A stretch of DNA of 20,000 nucleotides from Catajapyx aquilonaris (taxonomy: Eukaryota): assembly GCA_000934665.2 (NCBI GenBank), contig JYFJ02001665.1, positions 53,821 through 73,820 on the forward strand, written 5' to 3'. Under the pieces are notes generated by a model, which worked only from the letters and a program-made list of their open reading frames with translations, had not been told where the DNA came from and did no database searches. A program made the translations under genes and the position numbers. Positions 1 through 10,800 of the stretch are shown one piece after another (within the stretch, counting starts at the first letter, position 1; every line of letters begins with the position of its first letter).

Positions 1-813
1 CGGGAGCTGCCTAACCCACGTGTGCTACCCGAAATAGCCACAATAGTGGTTCGCTGCATTAAATCGATTCGTACCCTTAAGTCCCTTATATAAATCGCAA
101 GGTTACGGACCATTGGAGGAAATATGCATCGTGGCAGTGTGTAAAATTGATGACATTATTGGAACACGAAGGTCACGACTCAAACGGGGACCCATACTCT
201 ACTAGTCAGAATTTATAAGAGCTTGTATATTACGATGATGTCCCACTTGTAATTCACGTGACAGGAAAATCCTGCTCTGACTGCCACGATATACCATTAT
301 CGAATTGCATTACGAGGCTAGCCAAGTTACGCGAGATTACAGGCCCCACTTTACACTATACAATCCATTTCGGTACCTCATATTCAGCATGCCAACACTC
401 TAATGATTGGGAGCGCACCATATAAGTTGTTATAAAGAAACAATGTCTTAATATTTTATAGGTTTTTCTTATGTGCTATAAGCAGTACCATAAAACTTAC
501 TATCTATTGTGTAACTCATGTTGTGACATCAATACTAATCAGTCAAACTGACACATGTGGCTGACAAATAGATCATTGTTTCGTATACCAGACCTTTCTT
601 CTATACACCTCATGCCAATTATCGGGACCTCTACAGTAGCCTACCGGTAGGGCGGTAGGCCTTTACTTACACAGGGTGACCCGAAATAATTGTTCAATTG
701 CTGGGACGATTTTTTGCACTAATCTGTTATTAGTAAGCAGTATGTTACTATTGCGGCATAGTTACTTTTAGTGGTTGCGAAAAGTATTAGATGCTACCGA
801 ATTGAATCATATA

Positions 814-1374
814 CAGTTGACTCCGGATATAACACTTAACAGCCTCGGTTATAACAAACTCGACAGGCCGAGCCCAGCATACTTCCATAAGGCCATGTGT
901 ATTTTTACTCCTGATATAACAGACTCATTTTTATCTCACGTCGGCTATAAGCCTAGATAACAGATCATTTCTTGGCCCCTCGGGGGCTGTTTTTGATTAC
1001 TCAGCTTCCTTTCTCGCGAGCAGGAAGGCAGAGAATATTGGAAGAGGGTGATTTTCTCATCTTTCACTGATCTAAGCTACTCAAAATCATACTTTTTCTG
1101 GTATATTTGGCAACAAGATGGCAGAAGAAAATTACTGATTTTTTTGGTCCTGCCCACGTGGTCCTGCCTATAATTTACCGGTGAGCTAAAGATGTTTGCA
1201 CTTTTGTGGATAGTTTCATTAATATATGAAATAGTGTGCATTTTATGCATATGGAAAGCAGAAAACTTTGTGCAGCCTATTCGTTGAAAATGTGTCCATT
1301 TGGTTATAACAAACCTAGGTTATAACTTCCTTTTTCCACGGTCCCTTGAAGTCTGTTATATCCGGAGTCAAGTG
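814..1374. mobile_element. pogo/Tigger-like (Tc1-mariner) MITE, family A, copy 1
   Basis: 21-bp TIRs CAGTTGACTCCGGATATAACA (1 mismatch), TA on both sides, internal GATATAAC/GTTATAAC repeats; homologous inverted copy at 15449-16745. Confidence 0.85.
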
Positions 1375-1420
1375 TATATGACGATCTCGGGAATGAACGA
1401 TGAAGATCCACGTCAGGTGA

Positions 1421-1639
1421 TATTAATGAGGTTGGCCCAGCATTGCCTTTCAACCTCCAAGGATAGGGAAGGAAGGAAGCGGCTGTGGCCTATTATACGG
1501 AAGCGACCCCGGAATTATCCTAGAAAGACCGTGGAAAACCACAGAAAACCACGGTCAGGGTTGCCGGCCCCGGGATTCGAACCCAGGACCTCCCGATTAG
1601 CAGTCGGACGCCCTATCCACTATGCCAACCTGGTTCGGT
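1421..1639 (-). mobile_element. tRNA-derived SINE family A, copy 1 (variant tail)
   Basis: On the minus strand A box TGGCATAGTGG and B box GGTTCGAATCC; body shared with the 11827 and 19558 copies; 10-bp TSD CGTCAGGTGA at 1411-1420 and 1640-1649. Confidence 0.88.
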
Positions 1640-3274
1640 CGTCAGGTGAAACTGAGATATTCCAATTTTAAATTTCGAAGGCCCATAAGGTTTCATTGTA
1701 AATCCCACTTTCGGGGCCTTCCATTGTGACCTATGATCATTACTCCACAACCACGACCAAACCATCATATATAATATTAATTATTCTGCACTAGTGAAAC
1801 TATCTTCTGGCCTAAGGCCAAATCATTTTTGACAAAAAGTGAATCTTGATCGTTCTTCTCCCGATGTCTTCATATCCAAAGCTGTGAATTACAACGAATT
1901 TCCGATTGCAAAATGGCCAAATGGAGCATCAAATAAAAGTGAAGGTTAAAATCCATTTTTGCGAAACGGGCAATGAGGCAATGATGTCCTCTCACATCAA
2001 GAATAATACGATAACACCCCGGGAGAGTAACTCGTCCGTTCACAAACCCTCGCAACTTGCAGTACAAAGGGTGTTTTGCCACGACAATAAAACATACTCA
2101 GTAATACGTATGTAGTGCTTTAGTGATGCGCTGTGCAATACGTCATCATAATATAGCAGGTACGTGTCTCCTCAATATTCATCATACCTTTCAGTCTAAC
2201 CAAGAGCTTGGTGTAACTGACAGACGTAGCGTGATGAAACAAACATGCGGGAACATCTGCGAACAGATGCGAGAGGCGGGGATAAACGTATTGTGCATCA
2301 CCAACATATTCCGCAACTGTACTATTGCAAAGGAATGCACCTGTTGCCTCTAATACGGTCACGAATATAATTATAATATATTGGTCTGATTGTCTTTGAA
2401 ACACATCAATCCGTGGCTGTGTTTCCTGCATAATTATATCTTATGAAAATTACTCATTCAAATTTTTGTCCTGTACCGATTGAATGATCGTTTATGATGA
2501 GATTATATTTGATTGTTGCGAATTTTTAGTTTCATCATTCTCTACGGAAACAAAATCCGTCGTCCTCTGACCCCATTTTCTCTCGACAAGAACTTACAGT
2601 CACGAGACTCTCAGTCCGTCCTCCCACTAGTCCCACCCATGGGTCAATCAAGTGTTACTGCGTCTGATTATAAAGTGCAAAGTTGCATTGCTTTATAGGC
2701 TATACACGAGTCTATAAACGTGTCCCTGATAATGCAATGTTCATACTCTCTACATGCCGCGTGCTTATAAATGCAAACCATGGGACTCATTATGCCTGAG
2801 ATATGACCACTGTATACGGTCACTGATTTGACGTTACCTCCGCGTTTCCTAAATTAATACTTGTACAAGGTCGCTATGTCAGCATGAGGTCGGATATTAT
2901 ATTTTTGTAAATCTATTACATTGTGTAATTACAAGCACCAAGCGCATGTTATTCTTCTAATTACCCGCATTACTTCCTTCTTCAGGAAATAATTGTGCTA
3001 GCTTTCCACGGCAATTTTTAAAAACTCCATTTATATTTGGATACATACATATACCGTACGGTCGAAAACCTTATTATTACCGTAGCCAGCAAATCAGCCA
3101 CATACACGCACACATTGATCACACGTCGTGATTACAGTTCGATTACGGTAATGTCGTAACACTTGGCAATGCCGCGCACTCTCTTTCTTGCCCACAGATC
3201 AACTTGGCCAACTTGTTCCTCATCCTCTTTTTTTTTGTTTTGTTTTTTTTTTGTTTTTGACCACCCCTTACCAG

Positions 3275-3545
3275 CCAGAACTGAAGGGGTTGAGGCGGGC
3301 CTACGACCAGGCCTTGCTTGGCCGGCTCAGAGATGGCGGTGAGGAGGTGCCCGCAGCCCGCAACCTGCCTGCCCGCCTGCCCTGCCGTGTGGTAGCCAGC
3401 AGTGAGCGAGTCTGCTTACGGACTCCTTATCGTTCATGTCGGGTTCTTCCCGACGTGTCCATGCAGCCGTATACACATCCGTGGACGAGCCGTGCAGGCA
3501 TCGCTCAAAGGATGTTGGACCACTCCGAGGAGTATTATAGGCAAT
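3275..3545 (+). other. Putative upstream exon A (MGAT1 5' leader or separate small ORF)
   Basis: Long T-rich polypyrimidine tract (about 3222-3258) followed by CCAG; GC-rich body open in one frame; donor GTATGT at 3546. Confidence 0.5.
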
Positions 3546-4020
3546 GTATGTTGCTGGCATGTGTGCTAGCATGCCTGGGTTTTTTTTGGGGGTGTTCCAT
3601 GGTCAGTGAGGCGGGACCATTTCTGCTGGTTTTTATTGCGTACAGAAACAGAGCATGGTTTTAAACAGTTATTGTGGTCAGTTATTGGGGTGCAGTGTCA
3701 CGCTGCCAGAGAGAGAGAAAGAGGTCCTAGCCGCACTGTTTGTATCGGATGTGTGTTACTGCAGGTCTGTTCGCAGCATTGTAGAAGTACCAACCAGCTT
3801 ATGTAATTACAAATGTGATAACATTGTAGTATTTTAAAATTAGAAATGAGAAAGGCAGTGTTTCACATATTCTATTTAGAGCAGAACCGTACATACATTT
3901 TGGGGTCTGTAGGCGTATAGAACTGGTGCATGTTTTGCTTTTTAACGGCAAAGTCAACAGCAAAGCAAGACCACGCATGTTAATGCTATGGGCCATTGCA
4001 AAACAGTTTTTTTACCCCAG

Positions 4021-4259
4021 ATGTTCCTGTGACTCTTAGTAACATTGGCATGTTTCTTGTTTGCATTGTGACCCTGGCTTTGGAAACCACTAATTTAGTA
4101 AAGTGTAAAATATCGCAGCAGCATGATCCGTCATATATGACACAGCCAGTGGCTTTTGCAGTGAAAGAAGGCCATTTTCGTTGTAGGTTTGCCTTTCATC
4201 ATGACTTGACTTCTGAGTGGAATATTCCGTAACGGATTTGCTACTTAATGGATTTATCG
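4021..4259 (+). other. Putative upstream exon B
   Basis: Acceptor tttttttaccccag (4020) and donor GTGAGT at 4260; continues the exon A frame to TAA at 4230-4232. Confidence 0.5.
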
Positions 4260-4351
4260 GTGAGTACAAATTTACTTATTATTTGCTGAATCATATTTTA
4301 TATTCGTGACTGCATGAAGCAGGAAATATGAGACTTACCAATATACATTTG

Positions 4352-4683
4352 CACTGGACTCCCGTTTATTCGTGAGTGGATTATCTGTACATCGGCAAAA
4401 AAAAAAAGTTAGATATGAAGATCCAAAAGAAAATCAATGTTTTGCCAAGAAACATAACATACTTTTTTTCAGAAGACAAATAAATTATAAATATATATGG
4501 TAAGTTTTATTTTGTTTAAACTTTATCTAATGCTGCATACAGTATGTACGGTACCGGTAGTTTATTAAAAACCTCTGGATAGCCAATTTTTACTCTACCT
4601 ACGACCATTTCTGGATTATCAATGTTTTCCTGTTTTCCGGCACACCCGTGCATTCATTAGCACAGATAACCAGGAGTGCAGTG
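4352..4683. mobile_element. Degenerate TIR MITE family D, copy 1
   Basis: Imperfect TIRs CACTGGACTCCCGTTTAT / ATAACCAGGAGTGCAGTG; body aligns with 16759-17076 (agaagacaaa, attaaaaacctctg, gtgcattcattagc). Confidence 0.65.
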
Positions 4684-5109
4684 CATCAGATTTCTTTTTA
4701 ATAGCCCAGGAAATTACATAGCAAAATGATTGAAAGAATTAATAGTTGTCAACTAAATTTAAATGATGTGCAAATAGTTGCAATAAGGTGACTTCTTTAG
4801 AGGGTGCTAAAACTTGATCTGAGGCAACATGAGGGCACTATTATTACTGCAAGGGAGGCGGGCAAATGTGATATTATGCTCCACCGAGTGCAGAGGAAAT
4901 TGATATGCAATCAGACTTGTGGTATGAAACAGGCACTGTCCAGCCGCAGGGGAGTTGTGCTAGTGTGAGGAGTTCCTTTACCAGAATTCTAATGGCTAGC
5001 GAGATGGGTGAGCAGTTGTGTACCTCTTTCCATTTTGCATTTAGTTTTGAACCAGACTACATGTCATGTTAAGGGAGTTGATGCAAGTGATTCACAATGT
5101 TCAATAGTA

Positions 5110-5249
5110 TCAACAGTCCAAAAAGAATTGTTCCTCGCGTCGAGCGGGCAGCCACGCGTCAGGATGAAAGGAACCAGTTAACTGGTTGCTTTCATCCTGA
5201 CGCGTGGCTGCCCGCTCGACGTGAGGGACAATTCTTTTTGGACTGATGA
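5110..5249. mobile_element. 140-bp loop-less palindromic MITE-like element, copy 1
   Basis: Near-perfect inverted repeat centred on GTT|AAC (5179/5180), TA-flanked; near-identical copy at 17467-17606. Confidence 0.85.
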
Positions 5250-5490
5250 TACATGTCACTTATTCTGGAGGCTTACCTAGCAGCATTACGTAAGTGAAGG
5301 ATGCAGCAGGTACAGTTATTTCCTGTTAATAATTTTTGAGTTGGAAACCCGCATAGGTATCGGCCAGGGCTTAGTGTAGTACAGTTGGCATTATTAAATT
5401 AAATTAATCTGTCAAAAAAAAATCTGCTGATGGTATCCTGGTGCTATGCAACTGGCAGCATCTGTCAAGGTGAATGTTGGGGGGGAGGAC

Positions 5491-5495
<5 letters not shown>

Positions 5496-5528
<33 letters not shown>
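5496..5528. repeat. (AG)n microsatellite
   Basis: About 16 perfect AG units. Confidence 0.95.
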
Positions 5529-5532
<4 letters not shown>

Positions 5533-5848
5533 CTAAGGTTGTGTAATGCTTTGAGGGTGATATTGTATACTAGGCCTATATATACAACTAAGAATCCTTG
5601 GTTTGAGTCAGGGAGATGCACCTTTCATTCAGAATTGCATGTTTACTGAATAAATAACAAATTTTTCATTGCCACTGTTTTGTTACGACTTGGAAGTAGG
5701 GTGACATGTGAAGCCGAACCATCACCTTTCCACGTCCTGGTGTGTCACACTGGCGTCTTCCCACACATACTAGTGTGGCTTTATTAAATGGATGACCCCT
5801 TTGTACAGTGAGAAAAATAAATACATCCACAGTCACATCCAGTATATA

Positions 5849-6090
5849 TAGGGTGTTAATCCTAAGCATGTCACCAGAAAAGGTGGTGGTAGAGGGCGCA
5901 GGTGTGAGCATTTGTGCATAAGGAACTAGGGGTCGGAAACGCACCCTCACCGAGTTACGCCCCTTTCAAGTTTGCGGCAGGCAGTGTGCAAGAGGCGTGC
6001 GGCACGTGGCAGAGTGACTCGGTGAGGGTGCTCACACCTGCGCCCTCTACCACCACCTTTTCTGGTGACACGCTTAGGATTAACACCCTG
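5849..6090. mobile_element. Tc1/mariner-type hairpin MITE with long TIRs
   Basis: About 60-bp TIRs (C/T)AGGGTGTTAATCCTAAGC...GGTGTGAGCA, TA-flanked; inner arms extend the stem; 33-nt bulge in the left arm. Confidence 0.85.
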
Positions 6091-7205
6091 TATAAAGTCA
6101 TGTAATAAATTGCCATGTTACAAAAAACTGCACATAATTAGGAAAGAGCATCACAAAATGTTACACATTAACCTCACACAAAACAAAAATAACATAACAA
6201 AGAAAACATAGTACTAGAGCATGATTAACTAGCACACCCCTCCAATGGCTATGCTCAATTACCCTCAACCCAGTTCCCTGGAAAAATGCTACAGTAGTAT
6301 TTTTATCCATTAAAAAACCCATGTACAGTCATACCTTGCTCTATGATGTTTTGAATTCTGGTACTTTGCTAATACAATGCTTTCCAGTTATGTTTCCTTT
6401 TATTATGTTTGGCGTTTGCCTTTCTTTTATGCCACAATATGTACACTATTTTTATTTTTACATCATTTTTTGTCATAAAGCTATTGCGCACTTAATCTGA
6501 ATTTTAACTTATATTGAATACTGCCAAATGCTTTACCGGGGAGTGGAAAAAGGAATTTCAGATTAAAATTGAAGTATAAATGTGAACTCATGCTCCTTGA
6601 TAAAAATTAAACCTTGCTCTGAGAGTGAGAGGATTGTCTCATTTTATTGAAAACGTTTTTAAGTGACTGGTGGAAGAGAAAGGCCTGCATGGATGTATTC
6701 CCGATATTATACTCTCAGAAGATATTATTGTTCTACTTCATGTGTATCGGCCATGTAAAATGTTGACAAAACCCTACTGTATACCAGCATGCCATGCAGT
6801 TGTGCTATTTTTTACAATCTGGTCAACTCCATTTTTTACTGGCATGCCACTTTTTTGCCATAATATAGTAGTAGTTTTTGCACCAACAACAACCTGTTTC
6901 AACTTCAACAGTTGCTTCATATTGTATTCTTTTTGCCAGATTTTACAGTATTTCATATCGAGTTTAGACCATTTTCAGTACTTGTATGGATTAAATAGGC
7001 TGTTGACATCAGTCAGGAATTTATCCCGAGCATAATTTTATTGTTTCTTATCTTTATTGTTATGTGGTAATCAGAGATGGTTATGACTATCTATACAATA
7101 ATGCTGTAGAAGTTGGAGGTCATTATCATCCTGGCACAGCTTGCTAAGCATAACCTATTATGATAACTGCATTATTCAGCTTAATCTGTGCATAAGCAGG
7201 ATCAT

Positions 7206-7318
7206 CTTCTTCTTCTTCTTCACGGCGTTTCCCAAACAGATATGGGGTTGCCAGCGGATATTGAGGGGGAGGTCCTCAATATCCTCGTATGACCAAATAC
7301 ATATACAAAAAAAATCTG
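7206..7318 (-). mobile_element. 5'-truncated non-LTR retroposon 3' end with (GAA)n tail
   Basis: TSD AAGCAGGAT(C/G)AT at 7194-7205 and 7319-7330; minus-strand end GGCAACCCC...GGGAAACGCCGTGAAGAAGAAG; internal 11-bp hairpin GGATATTGAGG/CCTCAATATCC. Confidence 0.6.
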
Positions 7319-7778
7319 AAGCAGGATGATGATGGAATAATCGTGCAGCCTCTGTGGGTTTTTTTCAATTGCATTTATCACTCACTCTTTAACAACTGCT
7401 GAGAAATATACTTTTTGCTGCTTAACCAAGATGGACTTGAAGCCCTGTAAGCTGTCACCTTTGGGATCATAATGTTTCCTATGTTTTATAACTGACCATC
7501 AACATTTTCTATCCTAACACAACACTGACTGATTTGGCATGGCAAACTTGAATTAAGGAAAACTTGCATTCTTTATGGTGGATCCTCATAACCCTCTTCT
7601 CTATCAGCACCCTGATTCATCACATTTGACTGTGCGCCTCTAAAATTGATGGCTGTATGGACCTGTGCTACCACCTATTGTCCAAACACTTTTCTGGAAG
7701 ATTGCACATATCACATAAATATAAACTCTTTCTCCCTATATCTTTTCAGAAAAGACTCAGGTGAACAGGACGGGTGCA

Positions 7779-7886
7779 ATGCGCAAACGACACTTTATTT
7801 TCTTGGTGGGTCTCTCTGTCTGTTCATGGGGCGTATTCACCTACTTCCTCTTTCTTCAAAACCCATCAGGAGTGAAACCTGACGAT
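7779..7886 (+). CDS. MGAT1: MGAT1 coding exon 1 (cytoplasmic tail and signal anchor); exon acceptor at 7749/7750
   Basis: ATG at 7779 reads [36 protein letters not shown]; upstream acceptor tcttttcag; donor GTGAGT at 7887. Confidence 0.88.
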
Positions 7887-10800
7887 GTGAGTATATGTCA
7901 GTCAATCAATTTTTCAATCTATTTTATTTTAACCTCCCTACATAAGCATAGGGAGGGAGATGTGAGTATATGTTAACATAAAGAAGTGTTCATGACCTTC
8001 TGACGGGAATCTCTCCCACTGCTGCTAATTAGAATTATTAATATGCATATGGGATCTATTATTTAACTAGCTGAATGAAATTTCTTCCTCAATTTGACAC
8101 ATTTTAAGCATCTGAGAAAGCCATTCTATTTGGAATGTACATTTAACCATCTTTCCATGTCTTTGGTGTTGAGACATGACCATGAAGTTTTGAATTTCTG
8201 GCCTGTACTGTACATGTAAAGGGATGGTTGCAGTGTTTTAAGTGAATTTCCAGTATGCCCTGTCACTTTCTCCTTGCTTCATTATTTCATGACACTTGCA
8301 TTCTCATAGCTTACTGTCAGAGGACTCACAATATGTGAGAATGGTCCCAGTGCTATTGCCTGAATGAATAAGTCAAGTCATCTACACATCTCTTTGCTCC
8401 CAAGTTTACTCCAGTGTGCAAAACAATAATGTTGTGGATTTATCTTTTTCTCACAGAAAGCCCTTTCCCTGTACAACCACCTCAACAAGTTGGAGCAAGA
8501 TCTGAAGGTTCAGATGCAGATGAATAAAGCCCTATTAAGTAACTTGCAGCAATTGAAAACTAAGTCGTGTATGTATTGCATTATGCTTAGAATATTTTTA
8601 AAGCAATGTGAGTTGAATTTCCAACTGCTTTTCAGTGACCAAATCCATGTACCAGATGCTGCTGGATTCAGTCAACAGGCCTGATGGTGACAATAAGAGA
8701 GAGACGAAGGGTGTTTTATCTCTTGAGCGGGATGCCTCAGAGGTCAGGTGTTTGTTTAGGTTCCGCAAGGAACCCTATTAAGACTTATAGTATTTACAGG
8801 CAGCTGAGGCAGATGGAACTCCTGGAGCTGTTGAGCCTGTGATAGCTGTTCTGATGTTGGCTTGTAACAGAGTGACTGTGAAACGAGCTCTTGATCGTCT
8901 GCTGCAGTTCCGACCCTCTGCAGCCCAATTCCCCATAGTTGTCAGCCAGGATTGTGGACATGTCAACACAGCACAAGTTATTCGAGCATATGGAGATCAG
9001 CTTGTTCACATTCAGGTGAGCGAATCAGCAGCGTTACTACCATTCTATGGAATAAAGGCACATCTGCATATTGCAATAAGGTCATGTTTTCCTTCAAGTT
9101 TCTTGGCCTCATTTCCCTTCTTGCAATGTGCAAAAATGTACCTTTAAAAAAAAGTCAGATGGCCGATTTCTCCAAGCTCAGCCCTTCGATTTAATTCTTT
9201 TGCAGCAACCAGACTTGAGTGACATCACTGTTCCGCCTAAAGAAAAGAAGTTCAAGGGGTATTTTAAGATATCACGTCATTATGCCTGGGCTTTGAATCA
9301 AACTTTTCACAGATTTAACTATGACACTGTCATTATAGTGGAGGGTAAGTTTATGGTACTGTTCATGTATAAGGGAAACTATCACCTCTTGTTTTTTTTA
9401 GATGACCTGGATGTTGCTACAGATTTTTTTGAATATTTCTTGGGCACTTACTCAATTTTGAAGAGTGATCCCACACTGTGGTGTGTGTCTGCATGGAATG
9501 ACAATGGGAAGGCAAGTCTTATTGATGAAAACCAGCCTGAGCTCTTGTATCGCACAGATTTCTTTCCTGGATTGGGTTGGATGATGACAAAGACATTGTG
9601 GCTGGAACTTCAATCCAAGTGGCCCAAAGCGTGAGTACTGTGTTTTTTGTGATGCACTGCAATTCAAAGGCTAACAGTTAGCTCCACATAGTTACTGGGA
9701 TGATTGGATGAGGCAACCAGAGCAGAGGAGAGATCGAGCGTGCATTCGACCAGAGGTCTCCAGAACTAAGACTTTTGGAAAGATAGGAGTTAGCAAGTAA
9801 GTTGCCCTTGCCACCTTCATTAAAACACATTGAGGATGCTTCGTAACATCCGGCTTTCAACATCAAGGATGTGACCACAGGTATATGATTGTGAGGGGGT
9901 CAAGTTTGGATTAAAAACTTCCCATTAACTATTCTCCACTTGGGTTGTAATCTATTGCATTTGCATAAAACTTTTCTGTGTGTTGCCATGAGAAGCATAA
10001 TCATCACACTTATTTTTACAGTGGCCTCTTTTATGATAAGCATTTAAAGTACATAAAACTCAATGAGAAGCACGTGCCTTTCACCAAGAGAAATTTAACG
10101 TACCTCCTGAAGGTGAGTGGTGTTGTAGATTGGAGTGCAGAATTGCAAATTTAACTGGTTTGTTCCTTACAGGATAATTATGACGTCCAGTTTGTGAAGC
10201 AGGTGTATGACAGCCCTGTCGTTACGCTGGCAGAGCTTAAGAGCAACACAGTTAAATATGATGGACCAGTGAGGATCACGTATCACACGAAAGATTCCTA
10301 CAAGAGGACAGCCAAGATGTTAGGGTTAATGGATGACTTCCGGGTAAGTGCTTGTTTCACTGTTGTAACATGACATCTGACAAAATAATGTAAAAAATGG
10401 ATTACACCTTATCTTGCGCAAATAAGCGAATCCATGAACATAGAACATTTATACAAATAATGAGGATTGACTGAAAAGTGCACCGAGTAAAAACTTTGAC
10501 AAGTCAGAGAATGAAGGAGAAAATAGGTCATTGCTTCAATTCCCTCATCACTGTCAACCACAACCAGTCATGAATGTCCTGGCAGACTCCTGTAAATCAC
10601 TTGCCAACTTTTACAATAAAAGGCATCCTCCCATCGATCCCCTTCTCTGACGTCTCAGCAGTCAACATGGTGGTGTAGGCTGGCAGTTGGAATTTCAGTT
10701 TTCGCCCTTTTCCACCCCCTGTCGTGGCCTTTGAACTAACAATGTGCAACATTAGTGACAGTCAAACTCCTGTTTATCTCCTGCTACCAGCAGGCAAGAT

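Noticed and set aside
672..700. Mariner-like terminus CAGGGTGACCCGAAATAA
   Set aside because: No partner TIR and no clean TA flank found.
1300..1671. 123-aa ORF and similar ORFs at 11867-12058, 19533-19775, 11341-11574 and 15846-16121
   Set aside because: These are translations of SINE copies; the shared PGFEPRTS peptide is the antisense B box.
1870..2698. Cluster of short ORFs on both strands
   Set aside because: No recognisable motifs or consistent splice structure.
3188..3664. 158-aa unspliced ORF with hydrophobic ends
   Set aside because: Starts at TTG and its Phe-rich N-terminus is the polypyrimidine tract; only 3275-3545 looks exonic.
6326..7089. Old Tigger-like element (TA-CAGTCATACC ... 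GGTTATGACTA; minus-strand NYARDKFLTDVNSLFNPYK)
   Set aside because: TIR match and transposase resemblance are too weak to support without a profile search.
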